DNA of 64,000 nucleotides from Sedimentisphaerales bacterium (GCA_963708075.1 OY970194.1:4480001-4544000), one strand, 5' to 3'. Counted from the first letter of the stretch, positions 41,810 through 51,922 are shown. Notes: generated by a model from the sequence alone, not told the origin. Program-made: numbers and translations.

Positions 41810-41971
41810 TCAATCCTCCACCGGCTCAAACTGGTCTTTGCCGGCGCCGCACTCCGGACAGACCCAGGTGTCAGGAATGTCTTCGAACGCTGTGCCGGGA
41901 GCGACACCGTTATCCGGGTCTCCAACCGCCGGATCGTAAACGTAGCTGCACAGGAGGCATCTATACTTCAT
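41810..41971 (-). CDS. rubredoxin (53 aa, absent from the ORF track)
   Basis: manual translation [62 protein letters not shown]. Confidence 0.95.
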   Translation of the reverse strand: MKYRCLLCSYVYDPAVGDPDNGVAPGTAFEDIPDTWVCPECGAGKDQFEPVED

Positions 41972-41982
41972 TATCGTTCCTT

Positions 41983-42480
41983 TCACTGGCCACGAATCGC
42001 GGCCAGTTCCCGTCGCAACTGAGCAACGTGGCCGACCTCTTCACGGATAATGCCTTCGACTTTGTCCTTGCCGGCCCGGGCGGCAACCATGCCCTTGAGT
42101 CCAACGTAAAACATGACCGAGTTCTTTTCCGCCTCGATCGCGATCTCGAACAACTCCTGCATGGACTCTTTGCCCGTCAGTTGCTCGGTGGGGCTCCTCA
42201 TGCCTTCGAATCCCTTGGTGTCGGCCATCGCCTGCAGGTACAGAGAGGCCTCGTTATCGGGATCGAACGTGGTGCCGCCTTTCTCCTGGTCACTGAGCGA
42301 TGCCCGCATCTCGCGAAAGGTTCGCAGGTGGCCGTCTTCCATGGCGGCCAGGCCGAGAAACATGTCCTTCGTTTTCCGGTTGGGGGCCTTCGCGGCCACT
42401 TCACGGTAGAACTTGGCGCCGTTGCGCTCGACCTCTTCGGCCATCTCAAAGATTTCATCCGCATTGAATGCCATAGTCAT
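41983..42480 (-). CDS. ferritin-like / rubrerythrin diiron-domain protein
   Basis: [33 protein letters not shown]. Confidence 0.85.
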   Translation of the reverse strand: MTMAFNADEIFEMAEEVERNGAKFYREVAAKAPNRKTKDMFLGLAAMEDGHLRTFREMRASLSDQEKGGTTFDPDNEASLYLQAMADTKGFEGMRSPTEQLTGKESMQELFEIAIEAEKNSVMFYVGLKGMVAARAGKDKVEGIIREEVGHVAQLRRELAAIRGQ

Positions 42481-42499
42481 GCGTACTCTCCTTCTCGCC

Positions 42500-42988
42500 T
42501 CAGGTTCGTTTGCCCAGCTCATGATCCAGCATGAGCAGCGCGCCGGTGGATTTCTCCGCCATCTTCAGTTTCTGGACGATGCTGTCCGCCGCCGCCTCTT
42601 CCTCGACCTGCTCATTGACGAACCACTGCAGGAAGGCATTGGTGGCGTGATCCTTTTCCGCGATGGCTTGATTCACCAGGTCGCCGATCCGCCCCGTGAT
42701 GTACTTCTCATGCTCCAGGGCCCCCTCAAACACCGCCAGGGGCGATTTCCACTCCTTGGCAGGCTCTTCAATCGCCGCCAGCGTGACCCGGCCGCGACGC
42801 TCGATCACGAAGCCGAAGAGCTTCATCGCGTGTCCGGTTTCCTCCCGGTTCTGGACCTTCATCCAGGTGGCGAAGCCCTGCAGGTTCTGTGATTCGAGCC
42901 AGGCGGCCATCGAAAGGTAGATATAGGCGGAATACAATTCGGCGTTGATTTGCTCGTTCAGAGCTTTTTCCATCTTCTTACTAAGCAT
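42500..42988 (-). CDS. ftnA: non-heme ferritin
   Basis: LNEQINAELYSAYIYLSM; EETGHA; FLQWFVNEQVEEE. Confidence 0.92.
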   Translation of the reverse strand: MLSKKMEKALNEQINAELYSAYIYLSMAAWLESQNLQGFATWMKVQNREETGHAMKLFGFVIERRGRVTLAAIEEPAKEWKSPLAVFEGALEHEKYITGRIGDLVNQAIAEKDHATNAFLQWFVNEQVEEEAAADSIVQKLKMAEKSTGALLMLDHELGKRT

Positions 42989-42989
42989 T

Positions 42990-43367
42990 TTACTTGACCT
43001 CCCACATTCCGTGAATGTTGCAGAATTCTCTTGCCGTGACGTTGCCGGCGGCCAGATCGAACGTAGCCTCCGGGGCCTGGCCCGGACGAAGGAACTGCCG
43101 ATAGGACTTGCCGTCAAGCAGGACCTCGATCCACTCGATGTAATGCTTCTCCTCCATCGGGTGGGGAATGCTCCCGACCTTCACTTTGACGCCGCCATTG
43201 ACTTTTTCAATCACCGGCACGTGCTTCTCCCTGCCCTGGTCCGCTGTCTTGGCCGCGAGGTTCTCCATCGGCTGGCCACAGCAGATCAATCCGCCCGTAC
43301 CACTGCGGATGACCTGCACCATGTTTCCACAGACGCCGCATTTACAGACCCCAAGTCTCTCTGCCAT
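42990..43367 (-). CDS. dfx: desulfoferrodoxin (2Fe superoxide reductase)
   Basis: [33 protein letters not shown]. Confidence 0.93.
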   Translation of the reverse strand: MAERLGVCKCGVCGNMVQVIRSGTGGLICCGQPMENLAAKTADQGREKHVPVIEKVNGGVKVKVGSIPHPMEEKHYIEWIEVLLDGKSYRQFLRPGQAPEATFDLAAGNVTAREFCNIHGMWEVK

Positions 43368-43448
43368 TTTCTACCCCTTTCCATTTCTATTGTGCGAGGC
43401 GTGCGTAGCGACTACCTATGTCCCATTAGTCCTATAGGTCCTATTCGA

Positions 43449-44627
43449 CTACGCGATTCCGATCTCTTTGTGCTTGGCGAGGATCCGGTCGGCCAGCTTA
43501 TTCAGGGCGGCAAAATCCTCGTCTTTCGGCTGGCCCTTGGCGACCACGGGCTCGATCACTTCGACCCTGAGATTGGCGATCAGCCCTGTGAGCTGCTCGA
43601 CCATCTTTCCGCCCCAGCCCAGCGAGCCGATGATGGAGGCGAATTTCGTCTTCGGCCGCAGCGCGTTGGCCACGATGGCCGCATAGGCCGTCTTGGGATG
43701 CGCGCCGGCCAGGACCGTGGGCGAGCCCAGCACAATCGTAGCCGCATCCACCAGGGCGATGGCCAGCTTGCCGAGATCCGTCACAGACAGATTGAATTGC
43801 CGGACTGTGATGCCCCGTTCGATCAGGGCCTCGGATAAGTGCTCGACCATCTGCTTCGTGCTCTCGTGCATGGAAACGTAGGCGAGCACCACCTCGTTCT
43901 TGACGGCATCGCTGACCCAGTCCTTGTATGCGCTCAGGATGAACTCGGGCTTGTCGTACACCGGGCCGTGACTCGGCGCGATCATGTCGATCTTGAGCTT
44001 GCCGATCTTTTCGAGATTCTTTTTGATGGCCGGCCGGAAGGGCATCATGATCTCTGCGTAGTACCGCTTGGCCGCCTCGTACACCAGCGGCTCATTCTCT
44101 ACGAACAGGCTGCTCGTCGCCAGGTGCGAGCCAAGGAAATCGCACGAGAACAGGACCCGGTCCTCCTGCAGGTACGTGCACATCGTCTCGGGCCAGTGCA
44201 CCCAGGGGATGTCGAAGAACTGGAGCGTCTTGTCCCCGAGCGACAACGTTTGCCCGTCCGCGATCGTGAGGAATCGTTCCTCCTCGACGTGCAGCAGGTC
44301 GATCAGCATGGCCTTGCACTTGGCATTGGTCACAATCCTGGCCTGCGGGTACAGCAGCAGCAGCGCGGGGATGGTCCCCGAGTGGTCCTGCTCGGCATGA
44401 TGGGACACGATGTAATCGACGCGCTCGATGCCCAGCGCCATGAGATTGCCCATCAGGACCTCGGACTTGGTGGGGTCCACGGTATCGATGAGCGCGATCT
44501 TGTCGCTGCCCTTGACCACATAGGCATTGTAGGTGGTCCCCTCGGGCAGCGGGATCAGCTCATCGAAGAGCCGGCGATCCCAGTCGATGGCCCCGACGGC
44601 ATAGATGTTCGGTTTGATCTGTCTCAT
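43449..44627 (-). CDS. fprA: flavodiiron protein (A-type flavoprotein)
   Basis: GTTYNAY; HAEQDHSG; HWPE; APSHG; flavodoxin domain (YVSMHEST, GSPT, SLGWGG). Confidence 0.93.
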   Translation of the reverse strand: MRQIKPNIYAVGAIDWDRRLFDELIPLPEGTTYNAYVVKGSDKIALIDTVDPTKSEVLMGNLMALGIERVDYIVSHHAEQDHSGTIPALLLLYPQARIVTNAKCKAMLIDLLHVEEERFLTIADGQTLSLGDKTLQFFDIPWVHWPETMCTYLQEDRVLFSCDFLGSHLATSSLFVENEPLVYEAAKRYYAEIMMPFRPAIKKNLEKIGKLKIDMIAPSHGPVYDKPEFILSAYKDWVSDAVKNEVVLAYVSMHESTKQMVEHLSEALIERGITVRQFNLSVTDLGKLAIALVDAATIVLGSPTVLAGAHPKTAYAAIVANALRPKTKFASIIGSLGWGGKMVEQLTGLIANLRVEVIEPVVAKGQPKDEDFAALNKLADRILAKHKEIGIA

Positions 44628-44644
44628 GGTATGTGCGGTCCCTT

Positions 44645-45160
44645 TCAGAGCAGGTCTTTGGCCGCCTTCAGCGCAGCTTCATAGTTGGGCTCGGTGGCGA
44701 TTTCTTTGACCAGTTCCTGATAACGGATAACGCCATTTTTGTCCACAACGAAGACGGCCCGGGCTAATAATCGAAGGTCTTTGATGAGCACGCCGTAGGA
44801 CGTCCCGAACGATGCATCGCGGTAATCCGACAGAGTCCTCACGTTCTTCACGCCTGCGGCGCCGCACCATCGGCTCTGAGCGAACGGCAGATCCATGCTC
44901 GCCGTCAACACGATCAGGCCATCGCCGAGCCTGCCTGCCTCTTCGTTAAACCGGCGCGTCTCCATGTCACACACCGGCGTGTCCAGCGACGGCACAGACG
45001 CGATGATTCGGACCTTGCCACTGAATGAGGAAAGCCTGATGGTGGACAGATCGTTGGCCACAAGCTCCACATCCGGGGCCCGCTGGCCTACCTTGACTTC
45101 ATCTCCAATCAGCGTTACCGGATTGCCCTTCAAGGTTACCAGTCCCGTTCGCTCTTTCAT
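44645..45160 (-). CDS. tpx: thiol peroxidase
   Basis: SVPSLDTPVC; DLPFAQSRWCG; LARAVFV. Confidence 0.95.
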   Translation of the reverse strand: MKERTGLVTLKGNPVTLIGDEVKVGQRAPDVELVANDLSTIRLSSFSGKVRIIASVPSLDTPVCDMETRRFNEEAGRLGDGLIVLTASMDLPFAQSRWCGAAGVKNVRTLSDYRDASFGTSYGVLIKDLRLLARAVFVVDKNGVIRYQELVKEIATEPNYEAALKAAKDLL

Positions 45161-45234
45161 GCCATATCCCTTTCCCCCTTGGTCGGTTCGTATCGCTGAA
45201 CGTCAATCTATGCGATTCGGCGCCGATCTGCTGC

Positions 45235-45807
45235 TCAGTAATTCACTGCTTCCAGCTCGAAGAAGGCCTGTGATTTGGCGCAGGCGGGGCAGACCTTGGG
45301 GGCCGTCGGCCCTTCGTGGACGAGCCCGCAGTTGCGGCAGACCCACCGCACGGGGGTTGCCCGCTTGAAAACCAAGCCGTCTTTGATATTCCTGCCCAGC
45401 GCCACGTACCGATCCTCATGGCGTTTCTCCGCCACGCCGATCATCTTGAACACCCCGGCAATCTCCGTAAACCCTTCTTTCTTCGCCACTTGCGCGAAGT
45501 TCGGATACATCTCGGTGGTCTCATAATGCTCGCCCGCGGCGGCAGCTTGGAGGTTCTCGAGCGTGCTGCCGACCATGCCGGCGGGGAAAGCGGCCTGCAC
45601 CTGGACCTCGCCGCCCTGAAGGAATTTGAACAGCCGCTTGGCATGCTCGCGCTCTTGACCGGCGGTTTCCTCGAAAATCGCGGCGATCTGCTCGTAGCCT
45701 TCCTCCCGCGCCCGCTCGGCCGCATACGTGTACCGGTTCCTCGCCTGTGACTCGCCCGCAAAGGCGGTCAGCAAATTCCGTTCGGTCTCTGTGCCTCGTA
45801 AGTGCAT
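45235..45807 (-). CDS. rbr: rubrerythrin
   Basis: AFAGESQARNRY; EREHA; EKRHE; CRNC..CPAC. Confidence 0.95.
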   Translation of the reverse strand: MHLRGTETERNLLTAFAGESQARNRYTYAAERAREEGYEQIAAIFEETAGQEREHAKRLFKFLQGGEVQVQAAFPAGMVGSTLENLQAAAAGEHYETTEMYPNFAQVAKKEGFTEIAGVFKMIGVAEKRHEDRYVALGRNIKDGLVFKRATPVRWVCRNCGLVHEGPTAPKVCPACAKSQAFFELEAVNY

Positions 45808-45860
45808 TACTGCTCTCCAGTTACAGTCTTCGTAATACTCTGCACCCGGGGCCCTGTCAC

Positions 45861-46328
45861 TCAGTTCACCCTCTTTTGACAGCGATCACAGAGGCCTTCC
45901 AGGTACACGGTCCTTCTCAGAACGGTAAATCTGTCCCTGAGGTCTTTCGGTACGTCGATTTCGTCGAAGGGTTCGTGACGAAAATCAATAATGCGTTTGC
46001 ATTTGACGCACTTGAAGTGCTGATGAGTCTGGAGATTCGCATCGAACCGCTTGGCGTCTCCCGAGCCCTCCACGATGAAGGCGGCGCCGATTTCGTTGAG
46101 CGTCAGCAATGTCCGGTTCACCGTATCGAGCGAGATGCTCGGAAAGAGCCGCCGCACCTCACGGAAGACCACTTCAGCGGACGGATGCTCGGTGCTGGCC
46201 AACAGGGCCCTGTACACTGTCATGCGTTGTGGCGTGACCTTCAAGCCTGCCTCGCGACACTGTATTCGGAAAGCCTCCATCTTGGCTTCCATGTCCTGCA
46301 TACCCGTCGGGCGTTGTTCTCCACTCAT
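45861..46328 (-). CDS. perR: Fur-family regulator, PerR-like
   Basis: KVTPQR; HPSAE; RFDAN..HQHFKCVKC..CDRC; heads a peroxide-defence operon. Confidence 0.8.
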   Translation of the reverse strand: MSGEQRPTGMQDMEAKMEAFRIQCREAGLKVTPQRMTVYRALLASTEHPSAEVVFREVRRLFPSISLDTVNRTLLTLNEIGAAFIVEGSGDAKRFDANLQTHQHFKCVKCKRIIDFRHEPFDEIDVPKDLRDRFTVLRRTVYLEGLCDRCQKRVN

Positions 46329-46393
46329 TTCGATGCCTCGTACACAGGGGCCGCGACGGCACGGCGATCCGGCGACACCCCGATTTGCGACTA

Positions 46394-46410
46394 ATCGTAT
46401 TTATTACTAT
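46394..46410. promoter_or_regulatory. putative PerR/Fur box
   Basis: AT-rich imperfect palindrome ATAGTAATAAATACGAT (minus strand), 6 of 8 pairs, about 65 nt upstream of the regulator. Confidence 0.55.
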
Positions 46411-46645
46411 GTAGATGCTCCGCCGTAGGTTCAGCAATTCTCTCGTCCCGCACCGCTCTAGTGTGCCGGGTGCAAGTGATGACCGATCATAACGCGACCC
46501 CGTCATAGCCGCAACCATCCTCTGGCTCAAGGATTGACGTGATGCGACAGCCGGCGTACGCTATGCGCATCGGCCGGGACAAAGGCACTCGATTCGGACC
46601 GGTGATATGCAGCCACGATCGACGCAGATAGGGAGGACACACGAA

Positions 46646-47932
46646 ATGAGCCAGACAGAGTTGTCACGCAGAGAGTTTCTCAGGGCCGGAGCAGCAGTAT
46701 CGGCCGGGACCGTGCTGATGTCGGGTAAGGCGTTTGCGGCGGGTTCCGACAAGCTCCGCGTCGCGATGATCGGCTGCGGTGATCGAGGCACGAAAGATGC
46801 TATCGACTGTCTCAAGGCTGACCCTGGGATGGAGATGGTGGCGATTGCCGACATGTTTCAGGACCGGGTGGATAAGTGCCTGGGTCAGATGAATGAGGCT
46901 GTGCCCGAGAAGGTGAAAGTGACGCCGCAGACCGTGTTCCTCGGCTTTGATGCGTACAAGAAGGTCCTGGCGATGAAAGAGGTGGACATGGTCCTGCTCC
47001 TGACGCCGCCGGGTTTTCGACCGGTGACGCTGCGGGCCGCCGTGGAAGCCGGCAAGCACGTCTTCATGGAAAAACCCGGTGCCGTGGACCCGGTCGGTAT
47101 CCGCTCGCTCATGGAATCCGCCGACCTGGCAGACCAGAAGAAGCTCTCCATCGTGGTCGGGACGCAGCAGCGGTGGCAGCCGCATTACCAGGAGCTGATG
47201 AAACGCGTCCACAACGGCGATCTCGGCGAGGTCGTCGGCGGACAGGCTTACTGGAACTGGGGCAGCTCCAAATGGCACTGGGAGGAGCGAAAGCCCGGGT
47301 GGTCGGACATGGAGTGGCAGATTCGCTGTTGGCCCTACTTCACATGGCTCTCCGGCGACCACATCGTCGAACAGCACCTGCACAATATGGACGTGATCAA
47401 CTGGGCCATCGGCTCGCACCCGGTGTCGTGCCTAGGCATGGGCGGCCGGCAATCTCGCACCGGCCCGGAGTTCGGCAATATCTGGGACCATTTCACGGTT
47501 GAGTACGAGTACCCCAACGGCATCCGCGTGATGAGCATGTGCTCGCAGATCGAGGGCTCGACGTCCAAGGTCCAGGAGCGGGTCCTGTGCACGAAGGGCG
47601 CCACCGTCACCGACCGCTCCATGGGTTACATTGAGGACACGAAAGGCCAGAAGGTCTTCACGTACAACGACCCTATCCACAGCGGCGAGGTGGCTCAGTT
47701 CGAAAATCTGATCCGTAGCATCCGCGACGGCAAGCCGATCAACGAGTGCCGGCGGATCGCCGAAAGCACGATGACGCTCATCCTGGGCCGCATGAGCGCC
47801 TACACCGGCCGGGCCATCAAGTGGGACTGGGCCATGAAGGCCTCCAAGCTCGACCTGTCCCCGCAGAAGCTCGAGCTCGGCGACCTGCCCGTCGCCCCCG
47901 TCGCCGTCCCCGGCAAAACGCAATTGATCTGA
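46646..47932 (+). CDS. Gfo/Idh/MocA oxidoreductase, Tat signal
   Basis: SRREFL; IGCGDRG; TPPGFRP; MEKP; EQHLHNMD. Confidence 0.9.
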   Translation: MSQTELSRREFLRAGAAVSAGTVLMSGKAFAAGSDKLRVAMIGCGDRGTKDAIDCLKADPGMEMVAIADMFQDRVDKCLGQMNEAVPEKVKVTPQTVFLGFDAYKKVLAMKEVDMVLLLTPPGFRPVTLRAAVEAGKHVFMEKPGAVDPVGIRSLMESADLADQKKLSIVVGTQQRWQPHYQELMKRVHNGDLGEVVGGQAYWNWGSSKWHWEERKPGWSDMEWQIRCWPYFTWLSGDHIVEQHLHNMDVINWAIGSHPVSCLGMGGRQSRTGPEFGNIWDHFTVEYEYPNGIRVMSMCSQIEGSTSKVQERVLCTKGATVTDRSMGYIEDTKGQKVFTYNDPIHSGEVAQFENLIRSIRDGKPINECRRIAESTMTLILGRMSAYTGRAIKWDWAMKASKLDLSPQKLELGDLPVAPVAVPGKTQLI

Positions 47933-48025
47933 CGGGAGCGATGTCAAGGTAATGGATGGCGTCGCCGTTTGTAGTGTGCCCGCAAGGGCATATGAAGAAA
48001 CGCCTTACGGCGTCACTACGAACGG

Positions 48026-48547
48026 CTATTTCCACTTGCAGCGGCGTTGGGGCAGACGATGGCTGCCGTGACAATCGGTGCAGACCGTCGTCGCGGGGGG
48101 ACCGGTGAAAACCACCACATGCTGGGGCGTGTCGATCTTCTCCCTGGTGTGACAGGCCATGCAGGATGGATTGATCTTGTCTCTGGGGTACATGAGATCG
48201 GGGGCCGTACCGTTGCCGCCGGAGGCCCAGGACTCATCTGCAATATGAGCGTCGCTCGGCCCGTGACAGTGGGCACAGCCGATGCCCGCCCGCGCATGCG
48301 TGACGGCGATCTCTTCCTGCATGTAGTTCATGTGGCACACGAAGCAGCGGCTATTGTCGGCGGCCGGTTCGCTTGCCGTGCCGTGCTCCGGCTCGTCTTC
48401 CAGCAGCAGCGGCACCGGCTCCGCAGGTTTCGAATCAGCAACCGCAGCGGTCTCGATCCTGGGCTGTGACACAGTCCCCTGTCGCTCACATCCTGTGACA
48501 GCGGATATCGCGACAATGACGATGACGCTCAACGCTCGGTCAGACAT
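48026..48547 (-). CDS. tetraheme c-type cytochrome lipoprotein
   Basis: VTG-C lipobox; four CxxCH motifs (CFVCH, CAHCH, CMACH, CTDCH). Confidence 0.85.
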   Translation of the reverse strand: MSDRALSVIVIVAISAVTGCERQGTVSQPRIETAAVADSKPAEPVPLLLEDEPEHGTASEPAADNSRCFVCHMNYMQEEIAVTHARAGIGCAHCHGPSDAHIADESWASGGNGTAPDLMYPRDKINPSCMACHTREKIDTPQHVVVFTGPPATTVCTDCHGSHRLPQRRCKWK

Positions 48548-49541
48548 ATTCCCAGTTCTTGAGCCACTGATAGTTCGCGGGCAAACTGGCCCAGGTCTGT
48601 TGGCCGGCCTGCTCCAGGTCGGCGGTCTCCTTGAGGTCGAGCTGTCGCCGCTCAGCGACGGCCTTGATGACGTTATCCACTTCCTGGGCGCTGTTCATGC
48701 CGGGGATGGGAACTACCGTGTTCGTATGAAGGATGTATCGGATGGCGAGGCGACCGCGGTTATTGTTCTCTTGCTCCTCGCCCGCAAACAACGAAGCGGC
48801 GGCAAAGGGCTTGATCCCGAACGCCCCGACGTCGCGTTTCTTCAATGCGTCGAACAGGCTGTCCTCCGGCGCTTTCTTCGTCATCGTGGTGAACGGGAAG
48901 CAGACCACCTCGATCTGCGGGAAGTACTCGATCATGAACTTGATCCAGCGTCGATCGTGCGAGGAGAAGCCGACGAAGCGGGCCTTACCTTGCTTCTTGG
49001 CCTTTTCCAGGGCATCGACGATCTCGCAGGAGGTGTTGAACGTGTGCCTGCCGCCGGGCTCCATGCAGGTGATCCGCCACAGATCGGCGTAGTCCTGGCC
49101 CGAATCCTTGAGCAACTCATCCAGCGACTCCAGGAGCTTCTTGGAGGTGCGGAACTCCTCGTTGCGGACCTCTTTGGCCCCGTGTGACAGCGCCAGGTAC
49201 ACCTTATCGCGGCGGCCCTTGAGCGCCTTGGCGTCCCGCTTGACCTCGTTGTCCCAGCATGCATCGATGTAGTTGATGCCCGCATCCATGCACCGGCTGA
49301 TGATCTCGCGGCGCTCGTCATCATTGCTGCGGGAATGGCCCCCCAAGCCGACGGCAGAGACCATGATGTTCGTCTTGCCCAGCCGGCGATACTCCATGGT
49401 CTGATTGTAGCAGAGGATCTTCGATGTATCCTTCTGCGCCGCCTCTGCAATCGTGCCAAGTCCCGTCGCTACGGCAGTCGCTGTGACAGCCGCATCGCGC
49501 ACAAATTCTCGCCGGCTCATCTGCTCATTTGCCATCATCAT
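48540..49541 (-). CDS. aldo/keto-reductase-fold protein, Tat signal
   Basis: SRREFV; MEYRRLGKTNIMVSAVGLGG; GINYID; GKARFVGFSSH; PIPGM. Confidence 0.85.
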   Translation of the reverse strand: MMMANEQMSRREFVRDAAVTATAVATGLGTIAEAAQKDTSKILCYNQTMEYRRLGKTNIMVSAVGLGGHSRSNDDERREIISRCMDAGINYIDACWDNEVKRDAKALKGRRDKVYLALSHGAKEVRNEEFRTSKKLLESLDELLKDSGQDYADLWRITCMEPGGRHTFNTSCEIVDALEKAKKQGKARFVGFSSHDRRWIKFMIEYFPQIEVVCFPFTTMTKKAPEDSLFDALKKRDVGAFGIKPFAAASLFAGEEQENNNRGRLAIRYILHTNTVVPIPGMNSAQEVDNVIKAVAERRQLDLKETADLEQAGQQTWASLPANYQWLKNWEYV

Positions 49542-50290
49542 CTCCTTCCGGCCGACAAGGGCCGATCTGTCTTCAGCTCGAACAGGGCCTTGATCTCTTC
49601 ATCGGACAAAGTCCGGTCGTAAATGCGAAGCTCATCCAGGGAACCCGTGAACCCCCCGCCAATGCGGACATCAAGTTTGTCCCCGGTCTGGATCGGCCAC
49701 AGGTCAAGTAATCCGATGTCATGGATCTCCGCCGGCTCACCGTCCAGGTACAGGCTCACATCATCGTGCAGATTGGGCAGTTCCGCCTTGCGGACCACGA
49801 CAGCGACGTGGTGCCATTTATCCTCGTTCGTCTCGCGGTTCATGTAGAGATAACCACCATCAGGCGTGATACCGATTCGGCCGCGAATGTAGCCGAAAGT
49901 GAACATCTGCCCGAAATCCTGCGTGCCCCAGGAGACGATTTCCCCTTTCGCTGCGGCCGTCTTGATCCACGCCGCCACGGTTCGCGGCCGTGTCCCGGTG
50001 ACGCCCTTATAATTCTTGACCTCGATCCGGGACTCCTTCCCGTCAAGTTGAATGGCCTCCCCGGCCTTGCCCGGCGCGGAGCTTTCGTCGAAGGAGAGCT
50101 CGCCCTGGAGCCCGCCGTCCCGCTTGTGCCTGCTGGAATCCGCCGCGGTTTTGCCCGCCGCCTCGTCGAATTTCCACCAACCTGCCAGGTTGGGATCGGT
50201 GTCCAGCGTCACAGGTTTGTCCGCTGCGGCAACCACTGGACCGGTCAAAAGCAGGGCAAAGATACCTATAGAAAGGCATATCCGGCACAT
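49538..50290 (-). CDS. secreted LamG-like jellyroll protein
   Basis: signal peptide; GWWKFDE; TVAAWIKT; WHHVAVV; LDELRIYDRTLS. Confidence 0.85.
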   Translation of the reverse strand: MCRICLSIGIFALLLTGPVVAAADKPVTLDTDPNLAGWWKFDEAAGKTAADSSRHKRDGGLQGELSFDESSAPGKAGEAIQLDGKESRIEVKNYKGVTGTRPRTVAAWIKTAAAKGEIVSWGTQDFGQMFTFGYIRGRIGITPDGGYLYMNRETNEDKWHHVAVVVRKAELPNLHDDVSLYLDGEPAEIHDIGLLDLWPIQTGDKLDVRIGGGFTGSLDELRIYDRTLSDEEIKALFELKTDRPLSAGRR

Positions 50291-50330
50291 GAGTTTCCTC
50301 CTTCTCCGAGATATTTACTCCTACCGAATG

Positions 50331-51705
50331 CTACAGGTGCCAAGGGCTTCGCATCGGCCTATCGAGCATCTGATTGGCCTCATCGCAATCAGTGAACCGT
50401 TCGGCGGCGGGGTCCCAGTGCAGCTTGCGATGCAGTCGCATCGCGATGTTACCGAGGAGGCAGATGCTGGTCGAGCGATGGCCGACCTCGGCCGGGGCCG
50501 CCGTGGGCTGACGGCTCTTGATGCAGTCGACAAAGTTGCGATGATGCTCGTCGCTCTTGTAGAGGTGAACCTCGTTGGCGCCGATCACTGTGGTCTTGAG
50601 TGACTCGGGAGAACCGGTCCATTTGTCGTCCCGCACCTCGATCCAGCCGTCCGTGCCTTCGAACCGCCACGACTCGGTCTTCTCCGTCTGGCATGTGAAT
50701 TCGACGCCGTTTGCATAGCGGGCCCGGAAGCTCACCTTGGTGGCCGTGGTGAACAATCCGTCACTGGGCCACTCGCTGCCCAGGTCCTCAAACTCGACGG
50801 GGCCCGTGTCGTCGGTTCCATTGGCCCACTGAATGATGTCGATGACGTGGGCGCCCAGGTTCGTGGTCTGGCCACCGGAGTAGTCGAGAACCGAAGCGGA
50901 ACGTGTAAAGGCATCGGTCCTTGTGGTACGGGGCCCACGGGGCCGGGCCAAGCCACATCCCGTAGTCGAGCCATTCCGGGACCGGCATCGGCTGCCAGTC
51001 GCTTGGCGGGGCCTGCTTGTTGTTGGGGCCAATAGTCGTGATGACCCGCTGGAGCTTGCCGATGCGCCCGTTTCGAATCAACTCGCAGATGAAGCGGTAC
51101 TGCTCGGCCGACCTTCGCATGGTGCCGGTTTGAAAGACGGTATTGTATCGCCGTGCGGCATCGGCCATGGCCCGGCCTTCCGCAACGGTCAGGCTCAGCG
51201 GCTTTTCGCAGTAGATGTCCGTGCCGGCGGCGGCCGCCATGATCACGGGGATTGCGTGCCAGTGGTCTGGGGTCGTCACGCACACGGCATCGATGTCATC
51301 CCTGCCGATGATGTCCCGGAAGTCCACGTAGGCGTCGCAGCCCTTGTACTGGTCGACGCCATACTTGCGGGCATAATCGTCATTGACGATCTTGCGTGCG
51401 GGCTCGCGGCCAAACCATGTGCCATTCCAGCCTTGCTTGTACCAGTGCCCGTACTGATCGCTGGCCTCGACCACGTCGCAGACGGCCAGGACCTGCACAT
51501 CCGGCTGGGCGAGGAAGGCCCGCAGGTTGTTCGTGCCCATGCCGCCAACGCCGATGGAGGCCATCGTGATCCGCTCGCTGGGCGCCACAGTGCCGGTCTT
51601 GCCCAGCGCACTGGACCGAATGAACAGGGGAAGACCCAGCGTGGCCGCCGCGGCTCCTGCCGCCTGCTTGAGAAACGTGCGCCGCCTGATCGCTTTGTCA
51701 TTCAT
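50331..51705 (-). CDS. Gfo/Idh/MocA oxidoreductase, Tat signal, frameshifted near 50890
   Basis: RRRTFLK; IGVGGMG; TPDHWH; CEKP; ..YTFRF continues as LDYSGGQ..MRSPWHL in another frame; paralog of 35553-36887. Confidence 0.85.
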
Positions 51706-51922
51706 GATGATCCTCCGATCCAAATCAAAGCTGCCGTGGAGGCGCTGCACAGACGGGGCAAGCCCGGCCCCCCGCGTGTTGCGCCGAACATCGTGATGAC
51801 GCGTGCGTCTGCCATAGATGTCACATGGCATTATACCCGCGGGGCCCTGCCGTTAGAAGATATTCCATGAATTGCCGGAGAACGGCGGATGCTTCTTTGG
51901 GAGTGGCAGCGGTCCGTGCGGG

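Noticed and set aside
31731..43444. Short tandem repeats as a possible CRISPR array
   Set aside because: Units are 9-10 nt without unique spacers; no cas genes
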